DNA of 62,665 nt, filler included, from Chiloscyllium plagiosum (lineage: Eukaryota): the NCBI RefSeq assembly GCF_004010195.1. It is 4 parts of one record of this genome, joined end to end, with 100 filler letters (N's around TTAATTAATTAA, not from the genome) between each part and the next. Parts side by side here need not be neighbours in the genome. Positions count along the whole stretch, not along the records: positions 1 to 17,485 come from NC_057717.1; positions 17,586 to 45,215 come from NC_057717.1; 2 more parts are not named here. One strand, 5' to 3'. The notes beneath the pieces were generated by a model that worked only from the letters and a program-made list of their open reading frames with translations, was not told the origin of the DNA and ran no database searches. Position 1 is the first letter of the stretch; each line of letters starts with the position of its first letter. A program made the translations under genes and the position numbers. Positions 13,889-26,400 of this stretch are shown in pieces.

Positions 13889-14898
13889 AGTTTTGATATA
13901 ATTCCAGTAAATATTCGTAATCTACTCCCGACTGCCTATTCATGAATATTACAGTGCGAAGATCTGAACTGTTTGCAGTGCTCCAAGGTGATCTGTTCAT
14001 GCTTCGACACATATCTAACACGTTTCATTCTGTGGTCCCAGAAATAAACCCATGCTCTAATTTTCTTTATAATCTTACGAACCGGCACCATTTATGAGTG
14101 GTTCATTTCTATCTCCAGATCCGTCTGCCCTATTTAAGTACATATTTCCAAAGAGAAAGTAGTCTCTTTACTCCTTTGTCAACAGTGTACTACCTCACAC
14201 TTGAGTGGACATTAGCCTTCCAAAGCTTTGACTGGAATATTCTCTGAAACAAATCTTCCCAACAGTAAGTCTTTCTAAAAGCAAAACTCCAATATGTTGA
14301 TTCGCTTCACTACATTGTGAAACAGACCCTTCAGCCCAACAAATCCACACCAACCTTCTGAACAGTATCCCAACCAAACCTATTCCTCAACAATTACCGC
14401 TGGTTAATGCACCGAAGCTGTGCGTCGGTGAACGCTCTGGGCAATTTAGTAGGACGACTTCACCTAACCTGCACATCTTTGGATTGTGGGAGGAAACCAG
14501 AGCCTTCAGGAAACCCACATAGACACGGGAGAAGGTGCGATCTCCACAGAAAGTCGCCCAAGCCTGGAATTGAACCTGGGACCCTTGTGCGGTGCGGTAG
14601 CAGTGCTAACCACTGAGCCGCCCCCTTTTTTCTTAAAAGATTGAGTGCATTCATCCAGCTTTTCCTGATCATAGATGACAGCAAAACCATCACAAACTGT
14701 GCAATGACCGACAAACCTCAGTTTATTAAGCCGTGAAGTTTAATATTACTGATCAGACTGGGGCAGTGTAAAAATCTTACCTGTCAAGTTCAGCGCTGGT
14801 TCACAATTGTTTCATGAAGCTGAATGCTGCTGCCTCTGTTGGTCCAACAGCACGGTCACTGGCACAGGAGCTGCTGCAACCTGTGCACTTGCCATCAT
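12643..14898 (-). pseudogene. Putative multi-exon pseudogene remnant (exon-like 14781-14898, 13321-13779, 12643-12940); product unidentified, Ser/Asp/Glu-rich
   Basis: Three segments with AG/GT boundaries (donors gtaaga, gtgaat, gtgagt), roughly phase-1 compatible; conceptual peptides contain stops and frameshifts. Confidence 0.35.
14310..14620 (-). mobile_element. tRNA-derived SINE (HE1-like)
   Basis: Reverse complement begins GGCGGCTCAGTGGTTAGCACTGCT (A box) with B box GGTTCAATTCC; typical body and LINE-like tail. Confidence 0.85.
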
Positions 14899-15529
14899 CT
14901 CAATCAGAAAGAATTAGTACAGCACAGATTAGATGACAACTTGGATCACATTTTGCTTTCGAAATCAGAGGCCCCTATTCAACCCATCACAACTCTGCCT
15001 CCTGATCGAAATAGCTATTTGGCAAGACTACTGCTCTCACAGTAAGGCAAATAACTTATTTTTGAAACTATTCAAATTAATTTTTGGAAAATAATATTGA
15101 ATCAGCTGTCTTTCCAGGTGATCTCAGCTCTTCTTTGAAAAAGGAAAAATTAATGTGAACATCGAAGCATCCAGTGTTAAAAAATCACATGCTCAGTCAC
15201 TGTGATANNNNNNNNNNNNNNNNNNNNNNNNNNNNNNNNNNNNNNNNNNNNNNNNNNNNNNNNNNNNNNNNNNNNNNNNNNNNNNNNNNNNNNNNNNNNN
15301 NNNNNNNNNNNNNNNNNNNNNNNNNNNNNNNNNNNNNNNNNNNNNNNNNNNNNNNNNNNNNNNNNNNNNNNNNNNNNNNNNNNNNNNNNNNNNNNNNNNN
15401 NNNNNNNNNNNNNNNNNNNNNNNNNNNNNNNNNNNNNNNNNNNNNNNNNNNNNNNNNNNNNNNNNNNNCTCAGTCACTGTGGTATGATTTGTTTTTTACG
15501 CTTAGCATAATGTTACTTGAGGTGAGAAG

Positions 15530-16500
15530 GTGGACTCTAAGGAAAAAGATGAACCACCGCAGATATCAAAGGCAGTAAAGGACAGTATTCACAGGAAAAG
15601 ATTGACACAGCAGCAGATGACTTAAAAGAAAGAGAATTGATCATGAAAATAAATTGACAAAAAAACTAAACATGAACAGCAAAAGTTTCAGTGGGTATAT
15701 AAAAAGTGAGTAGCTAAAGTGAGCATCGATACCTTGGAAGTTCTGATTCAGAAATTGATAACGGGTACAGGGAAATAGCAGACAATTTAAACCGATATTT
15801 TACATTGGTCCTCACGGAAGAGGATACCGTTATCATTCCAAAGATGGCAAATAAGCAAGGTAATGATGGGAGGAAAAATGTTATAATAGTCTTTATCACA
15901 AGGGACAAAGTAATGACAAACTAATAGGGCTAAAGGCAGACAGAACCTAATGGCCTGTATCAAACATTTTTAAGGTAACTGGCTGAAGAGATATTGGAGG
16001 CATCAATTAAAATATTCCAGAATCAGTGGATACAGGGAGCATCCAGTGGATTGATGTGCCTGTTCAAGAAGGGAAGGGAGACAGAATTCAGGAAACTACA
16101 GTCTAGTTTGTTTAATATCTGTTTTGATAAAAAGGCAGAGTCGATTATTAAAGGAAGAAATAACAAGATATTTAAAAAAGCTTACCATTAACATGGTATA
16201 CTGTATTTTGTGAAAGGGAAGCCATATTTGACAAATTTGTGAGAGTTCGTTGAGGAGATAACAAGTAGGGCTGATAAATGGAAATCCGATGGTGTTCTGA
16301 AGTTGGATTGTAGAAATGCATTTGATAAGGTGCTACATAAATGTTAATTGCATAAGACAGGATCTCACTGTATCGGGGGTAATGTATTAGAATAGACTGA
16401 GGATTGGTTACCCACACCGGCTGTTGCTGAGGCCTCTCTTGGAGTACTATATACAACGTAAGCTCCCATATTTAAGAAAGGATAAACCGGCATTGGAGCT
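15530..16500 (+). mobile_element. Old CR1 LINE ORF2 (RT) fragment
   Basis: Degenerate CR1-like stretches (ctgttcaagaagggaagg...ggaaactacag; gcatttgataaggtgctacat); many stops. Confidence 0.75.
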
Positions 16501-16599
16501 TCACTTAGCTGCCTCGAGGATGAACAGGTTGACCTATCATGAGTAGATAGATTTTGTCCCTTACTCTTGTAATGATGAATATCAGCAAATGCAGGAAGC

Positions 16600-17030
16600 A
16601 CTGCACACGCTCCAGCCAACAATTGCTCCGGGTGATTGATGTCAGCGCGGACCATTGAAAGGACAATGGGCGGAGCTGGAGGACCTGGTGGGGAGGTTGC
16701 TCCTCCAACCAATCAGAGTGTATGATGGGTGGAACTAGACTAAACCACGTGATCATCATCACCTGAGGAACAGATTCGCTCTAATGAATGCTCGGGAATA
16801 TCTGTAGCGAAAAGGTCTGGTAACGGGATAAAAACTGTGTTGCTATGAGTGGAGAGGTTTTACAAACATATTGCGCATGTCGGAAAACGCAAATTTGAAC
16901 GTCCCAGTACCGTGTTTGCAATAAACGGGGAATCGCCTCACGTGGCTGCAGGCCAGAGTGAGTGCCATTATCTTTAATCGCGGCAAAGATTCACTGGACA
17001 CATGCGCGGCCGCTACCCTTATAGGGGGTA
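16600..17030. promoter_or_regulatory. Promoter-like, relatively CpG-rich segment
   Basis: GC box gggcggag (~16668), CCAAT in tcctccaaccaatcagag (16701-16718), two CACGTG E-boxes (~16746, ~16939), NRF1-like gcgcatg/catgcgc. Confidence 0.4.
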
Positions 17031-17089
17031 AGGTTCAGCCAGACGTATGGGCAGCATTCCCTGGTCGAGAGTCATAGGGTAGGATTTGC

Positions 17090-18935
17090 ACAGAGCCAGT
17101 CAAATGAATGCTTAGTGAAGGATTTGTTTCGTCATTCATTTGAATGATTTGGATGCCAACATCGGAGGTATGGTTAATGAATTTGCAGGTGATCTAAAAT
17201 TGTAGGTAGAACATAGAACATAGAAGAATACAGTGCAGTACAGGCCCTTTGGCCCTCGATGTTGCGCCGATCCAAGCCCACCTAACCTATACTAACCCAC
17301 TATCCTCCATATACCTATCCAATGCCCGCTTAAATGCCCATAAAGAGGGAGAGTCCACCACTGCTACTGGCAAGGCATTCCATGAACTTACGACTCGCTG
17401 AGTGAAGAACCTACCCCAACTTCAGTCCTATATCTACCCCCCCTTAATTTAAAGCTATGCCCCCTCGTAATAGCTGACTCCATACNNNNNNNNNNNNNNN
17501 NNNNNNNNNNNNNNNNNNNNNNNNNNNNNTTAATTAATTAANNNNNNNNNNNNNNNNNNNNNNNNNNNNNNNNNNNNNNNNNNNNGAAAATACGATCAGA
17601 GACATCACGTACCCTTGCACCTGGGAGGCAACATACCAATCGTGAGTCTCTCTCGTTCCCACAAAACCGCCTATCTGTGCCACGAACTATCGAGTCCCCA
17701 ATTACTACTGCTCTGCTCTTCTTCGCCCTTCCCTTCTGAGTAACGGGGACAGGCTCCGTGCCAGAGACCTGAGCCCCGTTACTTACCCCTGGTAAGTCAT
17801 CCCCCCCATAAGTATCCAAAACGGTATACTTGTTCTTGAGGGGAATGGCTGCAGGGGGTCCCTGCACTGGCTGCTTCCTCCCAGTCCCCCTCACTGTAAC
17901 CCATCTATCTGCCATCTTTGAGGTTACTACTTCCCTATAACTCTGATCTATGGCCCCCTCTGCCTCCCGAATGATCCGGAGTTCATCCAACTCCAGCTCC
18001 AGTTCCCTAACACGGTCTTGGAGGAGCTGGAGATGGGTGCACTTCCTGCAAGTGTAATCGGCAGGGACGTCGATGGCATCCCTCACCTCATACATGTTGC
18101 AGGAGGTATTGTGGATAGCAAAGAAGGTTACTTCAGAGAACAATGGGATATTGATCAGATGTGGTTTAATTTAGATAAATGTGACGTGCTGCATTTTGTA
18201 GAGGCAAATCAGGGCAGTACTTATATACTTAATGGTAAGGTCCTGGAGAGTCTTGCGGAACAAGGAGACCTTGGAGTGCAGGTTCACAGCTCTTTGCAAG
18301 TCATAGGTAGATAGGATAGTGAAGTAGGTGTTCAGTATGTTTTCCTTTTTGGTCAGAGCATTGAATATAGGAGTTCGAGGTCATGTTGCTGCTATAAAGG
18401 GCATTGATTCGGCCACTTTTGGAATATTATGTGCAATTCTGGTTTCCAATTTTCAGAAGGTTGCTGTGAATCTTGAAAGGTTTCAGAAAAGATTTACAAG
18501 GATGTTACCAGGGTTGGAGGAATTGAGCTACAGGGAGAGGCATAAAATGCGGGAGCTGTTTTCCTTTGAGTGCCATAGCCTGAGCGGTGATGGTAGAGAG
18601 ATTTTTAAATTCATGAGGGGCATGGATTGGGTAAATAGACAAGGTGTATTCCCTGGAGTGGAGGTGTCCAGAAGTGGAGGGCATTGGGTTAGGGTGAAAG
18701 TGGAAATAATCAAAGGGACCTTAAGGGCAACTCTTTCATGCATTGAGTGGAATGAGCTGCCAGAGGAAGTGGTGGGGGCTGGTACAATTAAAACATATAA
18801 AAGGCATCTAAGAGGAAGCATTCACAGGGATATGGGGCAAGTGCTGGCAAATGGAAATAGATTAAGTTGGGATATCTGTTTGGCATGGATGAGTTGGATG
18901 GAAGGGTCTGTTTTGGTGCTATGCATCTCTATCAT
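17090..18935 (+). mobile_element. Old CR1 LINE 3' part (RT to 3' tail), split by a younger CR1 insertion
   Basis: ttgcaggtgatctaaaattg (FADDTK-like) before the insert; ORF 18328..19008 has LERFQKRFTRMLPGLEELSYRER and WNELPEEVV. Confidence 0.85.
17206..18105 (-). mobile_element. Younger CR1 LINE: ORF1 (zinc finger/coiled coil + SGNH esterase) and 3' tail; middle lost in a gap
   Basis: ORF 17538..18143: CRKC..LQLLQDRVRELELELDELR and VVIGDSIVRG...VCCLPGARVRDV; tail repeat tagaacatagaaca at ~17207. Confidence 0.9.
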
Positions 18936-20959
18936 TATGGAATTAAAACAGCTAATAGTGCTCTGGTTCACCTCTGGGCTCCCGAATAATAACTTTCTTA
19001 TTAGCTAGCTTCCTCGGTCTCGAACAATGGGTGTATTTTTGACATGTTTAGTATTTTACGATTACTTTTACAGACCATTTTGTAAATAAATTTTTCACTT
19101 GCGCCCAGCCCCTGACCATGTGCTACTCTGAGAAAGTCAACAGTCTGAAAACTTGTCTTTAATCATTTAGACTAAAATGTAATACTGAATTATAGAACAC
19201 ATTTACTGCATTAGTAAATAGACAGACAAGCAGGAAGGTTCAGAAAAAGGGGGTAATCGCGAGGAATGCAGAAGATAGGGACATCTGGGCTCAGCAATGA
19301 TAACAGAATGCTGTGTGGCAATTAAGAACATTTACCTGTGCGAACAGTACACCAAGTGATAACACTCACAGGTACTATCGAAAGCCTTGTAATTAACGGT
19401 TGGATCTTGTTCACTATAATGGTTTCTTATTACCCCTTACCAGCAGGGCAGACACAGAGAGAGAATAAACTTTGCTGACTTGAGAGTTCAATATGACATA
19501 AGAGAGAGAGAGAGAGAGAGAAAAAGAGAGAGACCATTTTAGTGCTGAGGCTGTTGAATCCAGTAGAAAATTAACTCTTCGTGCTTATCTGTTTTGGTTT
19601 GTATTCCATTGCATTTTGAGACTTTTTGATGATTTTGAGTAGCCATTATGAAATGCGAACTCAATAAAACGAAATATTGATAAAGCTTTAACTTGCTTTA
19701 GCTTACAGCGCTGTCAATTCTAACCAATTAGATCTTGTGTCTTGTTTGAATTTGAATCACAAACTTGAAAAGAAGGCATGTTTAATTCAAGACTAATTAA
19801 TCGTTTTAAATATAACCTTGCAGTAACATTTTAGCATTAGGTACAGATGATTCTGTGTTTAAGATAAAAAAACAGGAATCTGCTCCTAGCTTAAATTTAT
19901 TCTAATACTAAAATTGACGAGGTTCTGGCACAATCTGTCGGGAAGCCATTTTATGGTCAAACGTTTGCCCTCCTTGCTACGAAGCCATTTGTAAAGCAAT
20001 GAAATCAGACATGCGAGCTGTGCAAGGTGCATCTCCCACTTAATTTAGACTGCTACTTCTTTATAGGAACTTATCTCGCCAACAGAAGCCTAAATCGGCC
20101 GGAATTGCTTTTCCCTCTTGATGGATAGCGCAACGCCTGTAGGAGTGATCAGTCAAGTGCACACAGACCTGTCAGCTAACTTTTCTTCCCTATGAATTAT
20201 TGTCTTTCTCTGTTAGCTGTCTAATTAAGAACATGCAATGACTTTGTAAATTTTTATACGAAGGAAACCACTTTGTATCAGTACATCGGATTAACCTGCT
20301 GGCATAATTGAAGACCTGTTACCCTAATCTCCTAGGTTATTAGAATCTAGATAGTTTAGCTTGTAGGTATCAGTGTTATGTTGTAACAGTGATGCTATTA
20401 GTGAATAAAGGAGATGACTAAAATTAAACTAAACTGTCTGTAAGTGGCTTTTATTCCAGACTTCAAAGAGCACGATCTCCAGGATGAACCAAGAGAGAGG
20501 CTTTACCGGTTTGAGTGCACAAGGAATTCCCTGGGCCATCTCAACTCTATACTTTAACAGCTTTATTATTAGATTAATATTTGCCAGAATACCTTTGACA
20601 GTAAAGAATTCTTTTTTTGTCCAACAAGCAAGTATATTTTTCTTCCATTTCTGACTGTCAAATTCTGCAATATTTTCATTACCTGTAATCCATTTTTCAC
20701 TCCCTGAAGCATCAACTGTGTTTTTCCTCGAATAGATACCAGTGATTAATGTCAAAGTCCTGTTGCTTGTGGAGAGGGTGATGTTTGACTTTCTTGTACT
20801 GCTGCAGTATATTTGGCGAAGGTGCTCCCACAATGCAGTTGGGTATGAGGCATTGTAGATCATTCACTTAACGACAGTGAAGATTTGAAGATAATGTCCC
20901 AATCAACAACAGTTTTTATTTTTATTAGCATGCATATAATTTCATAAAAATATTATTAA

Positions 20960-21450
20960 CAACTTGAGACATAAGGTCAGTTGGCCAAAAGCATTGCCAA
21001 ATAACCAGGTTTTCAGGAATACCTTAAAGGAGGAAAGCAGACTAGTGACGTTTTGACTGTGAATTTCAGACCTTGTTGCTTTGACAGCTGGAGGCACAGC
21101 CACACAGGTGAAGCAATGAATTGACACATCGTTGGGAGTCTCGAACACGATGGGTTGTCGAGGTGTCAAATGGTGTGTGGTACAGGGAGCTCGGGATGAT
21201 CACAGCCAGGAAATAAATCAATGGCGAGAGTTTTAAATTGTTGTCTCTTATAAAGGGGAGATCTTTGATGAATGAATATGTTTTGGTAGAACTGAATACT
21301 TGGGCGGCAGAGTTTTAGATTTTCTTGAGATTACAGTGAGGTTGAATGTGGGAGGCTGGCCAGGAGTGTGTTTGCACAAATAAGTCTGAAGATAACACGT
21401 GCATGGATGAGAGTTTCAGTGTATAAGCTGAGGCAAGGTTGGAAGCAGCG
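20960..21450 (-). mobile_element. L2-like LINE 3' fragment (second copy at ~30905-31400)
   Basis: Peptide SLLSSFKVFLKTWLFGNAF resembles the C-terminus of L2 ORF2. Confidence 0.55.
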
Positions 21451-21479
21451 GGAAATAGTGGTTTTGGAGTGGAACTAGC

Positions 21480-22830
21480 CTGTCACCCTCACCTCACCTC
21501 TGTGATTCTGCTTGTTGTCAGGTTGTGAGTCAAGGTGGTAACGCAATCGGGAGCTGAGTGGGCCTGGTGGAACCTAAAATGAGTGTCTCTCAGCTGTTTG
21601 TTGCTGAACAGCTGCTGCTTGATAGCCCTTTTCATGACACCTCCCATCACTTTACTACTGATTGAGTGTGGACTGAAGGAGTTAAATTATCTGGGTTGGA
21701 TTGCCCTGTGTTTTTGTGTTGAACATCCCTGGGCACTAGGCTTGGTGGGTGGCAACTCCTGGATCACAGGCCATTGGTATTATTTCCTGAATGATATCAG
21801 GGCCCATAGCCTTTGCACTGTTTAACAATTTCTTGATGTTATTCGAACTGAATCGAACTGGCTTAAAACTCACATCTGCAATGTGAGGAACCACTGGAAA
21901 AGGCTGAGATGATCATCCCACTTTGCACTTCTGGCTGCAGATTGCTGCAAATGCTGTTGTCTTTTCTGGTGCATGGATGTGTGAGGCCCCTCCATCAGTC
22001 AGGGTAGGGATATCTGTGATGCTTCCTCCAGTGAGTTGTTTAATTGTCCATCACCATTCACGACTGTGTGTGGCAAAACTACAGAGGTCAGATGTGATCC
22101 ATTGGTTGTAGAATCATTGAGCTCTATTACATGCTGGTCATGCTGTTTGATAATCAAGTAGTCCTGTTTGGTAGCTTCACTAGATTATTTCTCATTTTTA
22201 GATATGCCTGTTTCTGCTCATGTCATGTCCTGCTTTCCTGTCCATTGTGATGAGTGAATGCGGGACGTACAAACCCATGAGATTACAGATTGTGCTGAAG
22301 TACAATTCTACTGCTGTTGATGTCCCACACTGCCTCATAGATACCCAGCTTGAGTTCCGACATCTGTTCGAAGCCTATCACATTTAACACAGTGATAGGG
22401 TATTCAACGCAAAGGAGGTTTTTCTCAACTTTAAGGCGAGACTTTGACAGGAAAAGTCAAAGTGTGAAGATCGCTCTTACTGATATTGTCATGGACAGAT
22501 GTATCTGATGCTGGTCAATTCATAACAATGAGCTCAAGTACGTTTTTCCCTCTTGTTGATTCCCTCACTACTCGCTGCAGACTCAGTTGAGCAACTATAC
22601 CTTTAGGACCTGACCAGCTCAATTAATAATTCTGTTGTTGAGCTAGTCTCGATGGTGGACAATGAAATCCTGTGCCCAGAGTACATTTGACACCATTTTA
22701 CTTCCTCAGTGCTTCCCCCAAATGTTCTTCAACAAGAAGGAGAACTGCTTCATCAGCCGAGAGAGGACGGTACGTGGTAATTAGCAGGAGCCATGAGACC
22801 TCCTGGTGTCCGGACTTCATGCTGAGTACT
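21480..22830 (-). mobile_element. Degenerate non-LTR retrotransposon ORF2 (second copy at ~31410-32790)
   Basis: Copy-2 peptide SISSKVMEGVVKRAIKQQL..NKQLRDTHFRFHQAQSAPD matches the LINE RT motif SxxSKVMEG..IKQHL..N.LL.D.QFGFR..HS. Confidence 0.8.
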
Positions 22831-23459
22831 CCCAGGACTTCAGGTGTACGTTTTAATATTCTAGATGAAAAGTTAGAAACATCAGGTTTGTTTGCTCATT
22901 TTAAATATCTCTAACCCAGGTTTTATTTCTTTGTGAAACACTGTCCATCATCCTGTCTCCTCCATCCTCCCCTCCAACAACAAGAGCTTGGAGCACATGG
23001 AGTTTCTCTGTCACTAACATTGCGATAATCCGATCAAATGCCTCTGCTGCTTCCCTCCCTCCCACTAGCCCACCGAGCCAAACTGCCTCACGTGGTTCTC
23101 CTGGTTTTTGTCTTAAAATTACGTCTTTCTCCATTCTCTTGTCATGCCTTCTAAGAGCTCATCTTGACCCTTCAGACATTCCAACTGTCTGTTTCCTCCT
23201 CCTCTTCCTCATTACACCCCCTTGCCGATTCACAAATATTGTTCCTTGTTCTGTCTGTCTGTCTTTCCTGGTTATGTCCTTCTCACCCATTCTGTGAAAA
23301 ACTAATATTTGACCTCATTGTCGTTGGAAAATCCTGCTCAATATCCACTCTCCCTTTCCTTTCTGAATTCCCTGTATTTGGTGTCCTGCCAGGATCTATC
23401 ATTGGTTCCTCCTGTTTCCTACCGAAATACTGCCAGGAGAGGAGCTTAGTCTCCTCAAT

Positions 23460-26400
23460 GACGGGGAGGCTCTTGCTCTCTGTAACTTCAATTAGCGGGA
23501 GCTTCTGGCACCCTATAAACTTCAAATACCGGGAGCCTCTTGCTTTCAATCAACCTAAAATAGCAGGAGCCTCTTGCTTCCTATAAACTCCAAATTCCAC
23601 CATCCTTTGGATGCCAATGAACTTCAAATACCGGGAGCCTCTTGGTCCCTATAACCTTCATATACCAGGCGCCTCTTGCTCACTATAGACTTCAAATACC
23701 AGGAGCCTCTTCCTCTCTGTAACTTCAAATGCCAGGTGCCTCTTGCTCCCTGTCAACTTCAAATACCGGGATCCTCTTGCCCCCTATAAACTTCAAATAC
23801 CAGGAGCCTCTTGATTTCTATTAACTTCAAATACCAGCAGCCTCTTGATCCCAGTAAACTTCAAATACCGGGAACCTCTTACTCCTTATAAAATTCAAAT
23901 ACCAGGAGACTTGCTTTCTAAAAACTTCAAAAGGCCGGAGCCTCTTTGTCACTATAAACTACAAATACCGGGAGCCTCTTGCTCCATATGAACGGCAAAT
24001 ACCGGGAGCCTTTGCTCCCTGTAATCTTCAAATACAAGAAGCCTCTTGCTCCCCACAACTTGAAATTCCGGGAGCCTCTTGCTCCCTATAAATTTCAAAC
24101 ACCAGGATCCACTTGCAATTTATAACTTCGAATGACAAGTGCCTCGTGTTCCTTGTAAACTTCAAATGCCAGGAGCTGTTTTCTCCCGAATGCTTCAAAT
24201 ACGGGGGCCTTTTGCTCCCTATATCTTCAAATACCAGCGCCTCTTGTTGCCTATAAACGACAAATACAAGGAGCTTCATGCTCCCTTCAAACTTTAAATA
24301 CCGGGAGCATCTTGCTTTCTAAACTCTTCAAATAGTAGGAGCCACTTGTACCCTATGAACTTCAATACGAGGAGACTCTTGCTCCGTATAAACTGCTCAT
24401 ACCAGGAGCCTCTTTCTCAGTATTATTTCAAATACCGTGTGCCTTTATGCCCCTAAAAACTTCAAATACCAGAAGCCACTGGCTCCCTATAAACTTCAAA
24501 TACAATGACCATTTGCTCCCTATAAACTCCAAATAACAGGATCCTCTTGCTCCAGATAACTTCAAATACCAGGGGCCTCTTGCTCCCTATAAACTTCAAA
24601 TACCAGAAGCCTCTTCCTCCCTGTAACTTCAAATACCGGGGGCCTCCGCTGCCAATAAACTTCAAATACCCGGAGCCTCTTGCTCCATATAAACCTCAAA
24701 TACCCGGAGCCTCTTGCTCCTATAAAATTCAAATACCAGGAACCCCTTGCTCCCTGTAAATTCAAGTACCAGGACACTCTTGCGCCCGATATCTTCAAAT
24801 ACCAGGAGCCTCTTGCTCCCTATAAATTTCAAATACCGGGAGCTTCTTGCTTCCTGCAAACTACAAATACCAGAAGCCTCTTGCACCCAATAAACTTGAA
24901 ATGCCGGGAGCCTCTTGCTTCTTGTAAACTTCAACTACCGGAAGCCTCTTGCTTTCTATAAACTATAAATACCAAAAGCCTCTTGCTCCCTATAACGTTA
25001 AATACTGGGAGCCTCTTGCTCCATTTAAACTATAAATACCAGGAGCCTCTTGCTACATTTAAACTTCAGATAACGGGACCGTCATCATAATTATAACTTC
25101 AAAGACCATGCGAATCTTGCTTCACGTAAACTTCAAATGCCAGAACCCTCTTGCTCTCTGGAAACGTCACCTACTGGGGGCCTCTTGTTCCCTAGAAACC
25201 TCAAATACCAGGAGACCCTTGATCCCAATAAACTTCAAATACCGGAATCCTCTTGCTCCCTATAAAATTCAAATACCGGCTAGCCTTTTGCTCCCTATAA
25301 ACTCAAGTACCAGAAGTCTGTTGTTCCCGATAACTTCAAATACCAGGAACCTCTTGCTCCCAAAAACTTGAAATTCTGGGAGTCCGTTGCTCCCTATAAA
25401 CTTCAAATACACGGAGCCTCTTGCTCCCTATATAATTCAAATACCGGGAGCTTCTTGCTTCCTGTAAACGTCAAATACCGGGAGCCTCTTACTTCCTACA
25501 AACTACAAACACCAGGAGGCTCTTACTCCCTTTAAACTTCAACTGCCAGGAACCTCATTCTTACTTTTACTTCAAAGACCACGTGTATCTTGCTTCACAC
25601 AAACTTCAAATACTAGAAGCCTCTTGCTCTCTGTTATCTTCAAATACCGGGGACCTCTTGCTCCCTAGAAACTTCAAATACCAGGGCCGTTTGGTCCCAA
25701 TAAACTGCAAATACCGGCTAGCCTCTTGCTCCCTATAAACTCAAGTACCAGAAGGCTCTTGCTCCCTATAACTTCAAATACCATAAACCTCTTGCTCCCT
25801 ACAAACTTCAAAGCTAAGCAGCCTCTTGTTCCTTGTACATTTCAATGCCAGGCGCCTCTTGATTCATAACAAATTCAATTACCGGGAGCCTCTTCCTCCG
25901 TATCAACTCAAATACCAGAAGACTTTTGCTCCCAATAACTTCAAATACCAGCAGCCACTTGCTCCCTATTAACGTCAAATACCGGGAACTCTTGCTCTCA
26001 CGAAATTCAAATACCAAGAGCATCTTGCACCCTATAAAATTCAAATATCTGGAGCCTCTTGCTCTCGAAAAACTTCAAATACCAGGACCTTCTTGATCCC
26101 TACAAACTTCAAATATCAGGGGCCTCTTGCTCCATGGAAACTTCAATTGCCGGGGCCCTCTTGCTCCCTATGACCTCAAATACCGGGATCCACTTATTCC
26201 CTGTAAACATCAAATACCAGGAGCCTCTTGCTCCCTACAAAACTTCAAATACCAGGAGCCTCTTGCACTCTGTAACTTCAAATAACAGAAGCCTCGTGCT
26301 CCATGGAAACTTCAATTGCCGGGGCCCTCTTGCTCCCTATGACCTCAAATACCGGGATCCACTTGTTCCTTATAAACATCAAATACCAGGAGCCTCTTGC

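Noticed and set aside
17530..17541. TTAATTAATTAA palindrome inside N-runs (also 45260-45271 and 60103-60114)
   Set aside because: Six-frame-stop scaffolding linker; an assembly artefact
22901..23586. ORFs beside the satellite (MEKDVILRQKPG..., and copies at ~32.8-33.5 kb)
   Set aside because: No recognisable domain, and they recur only because of the block duplication
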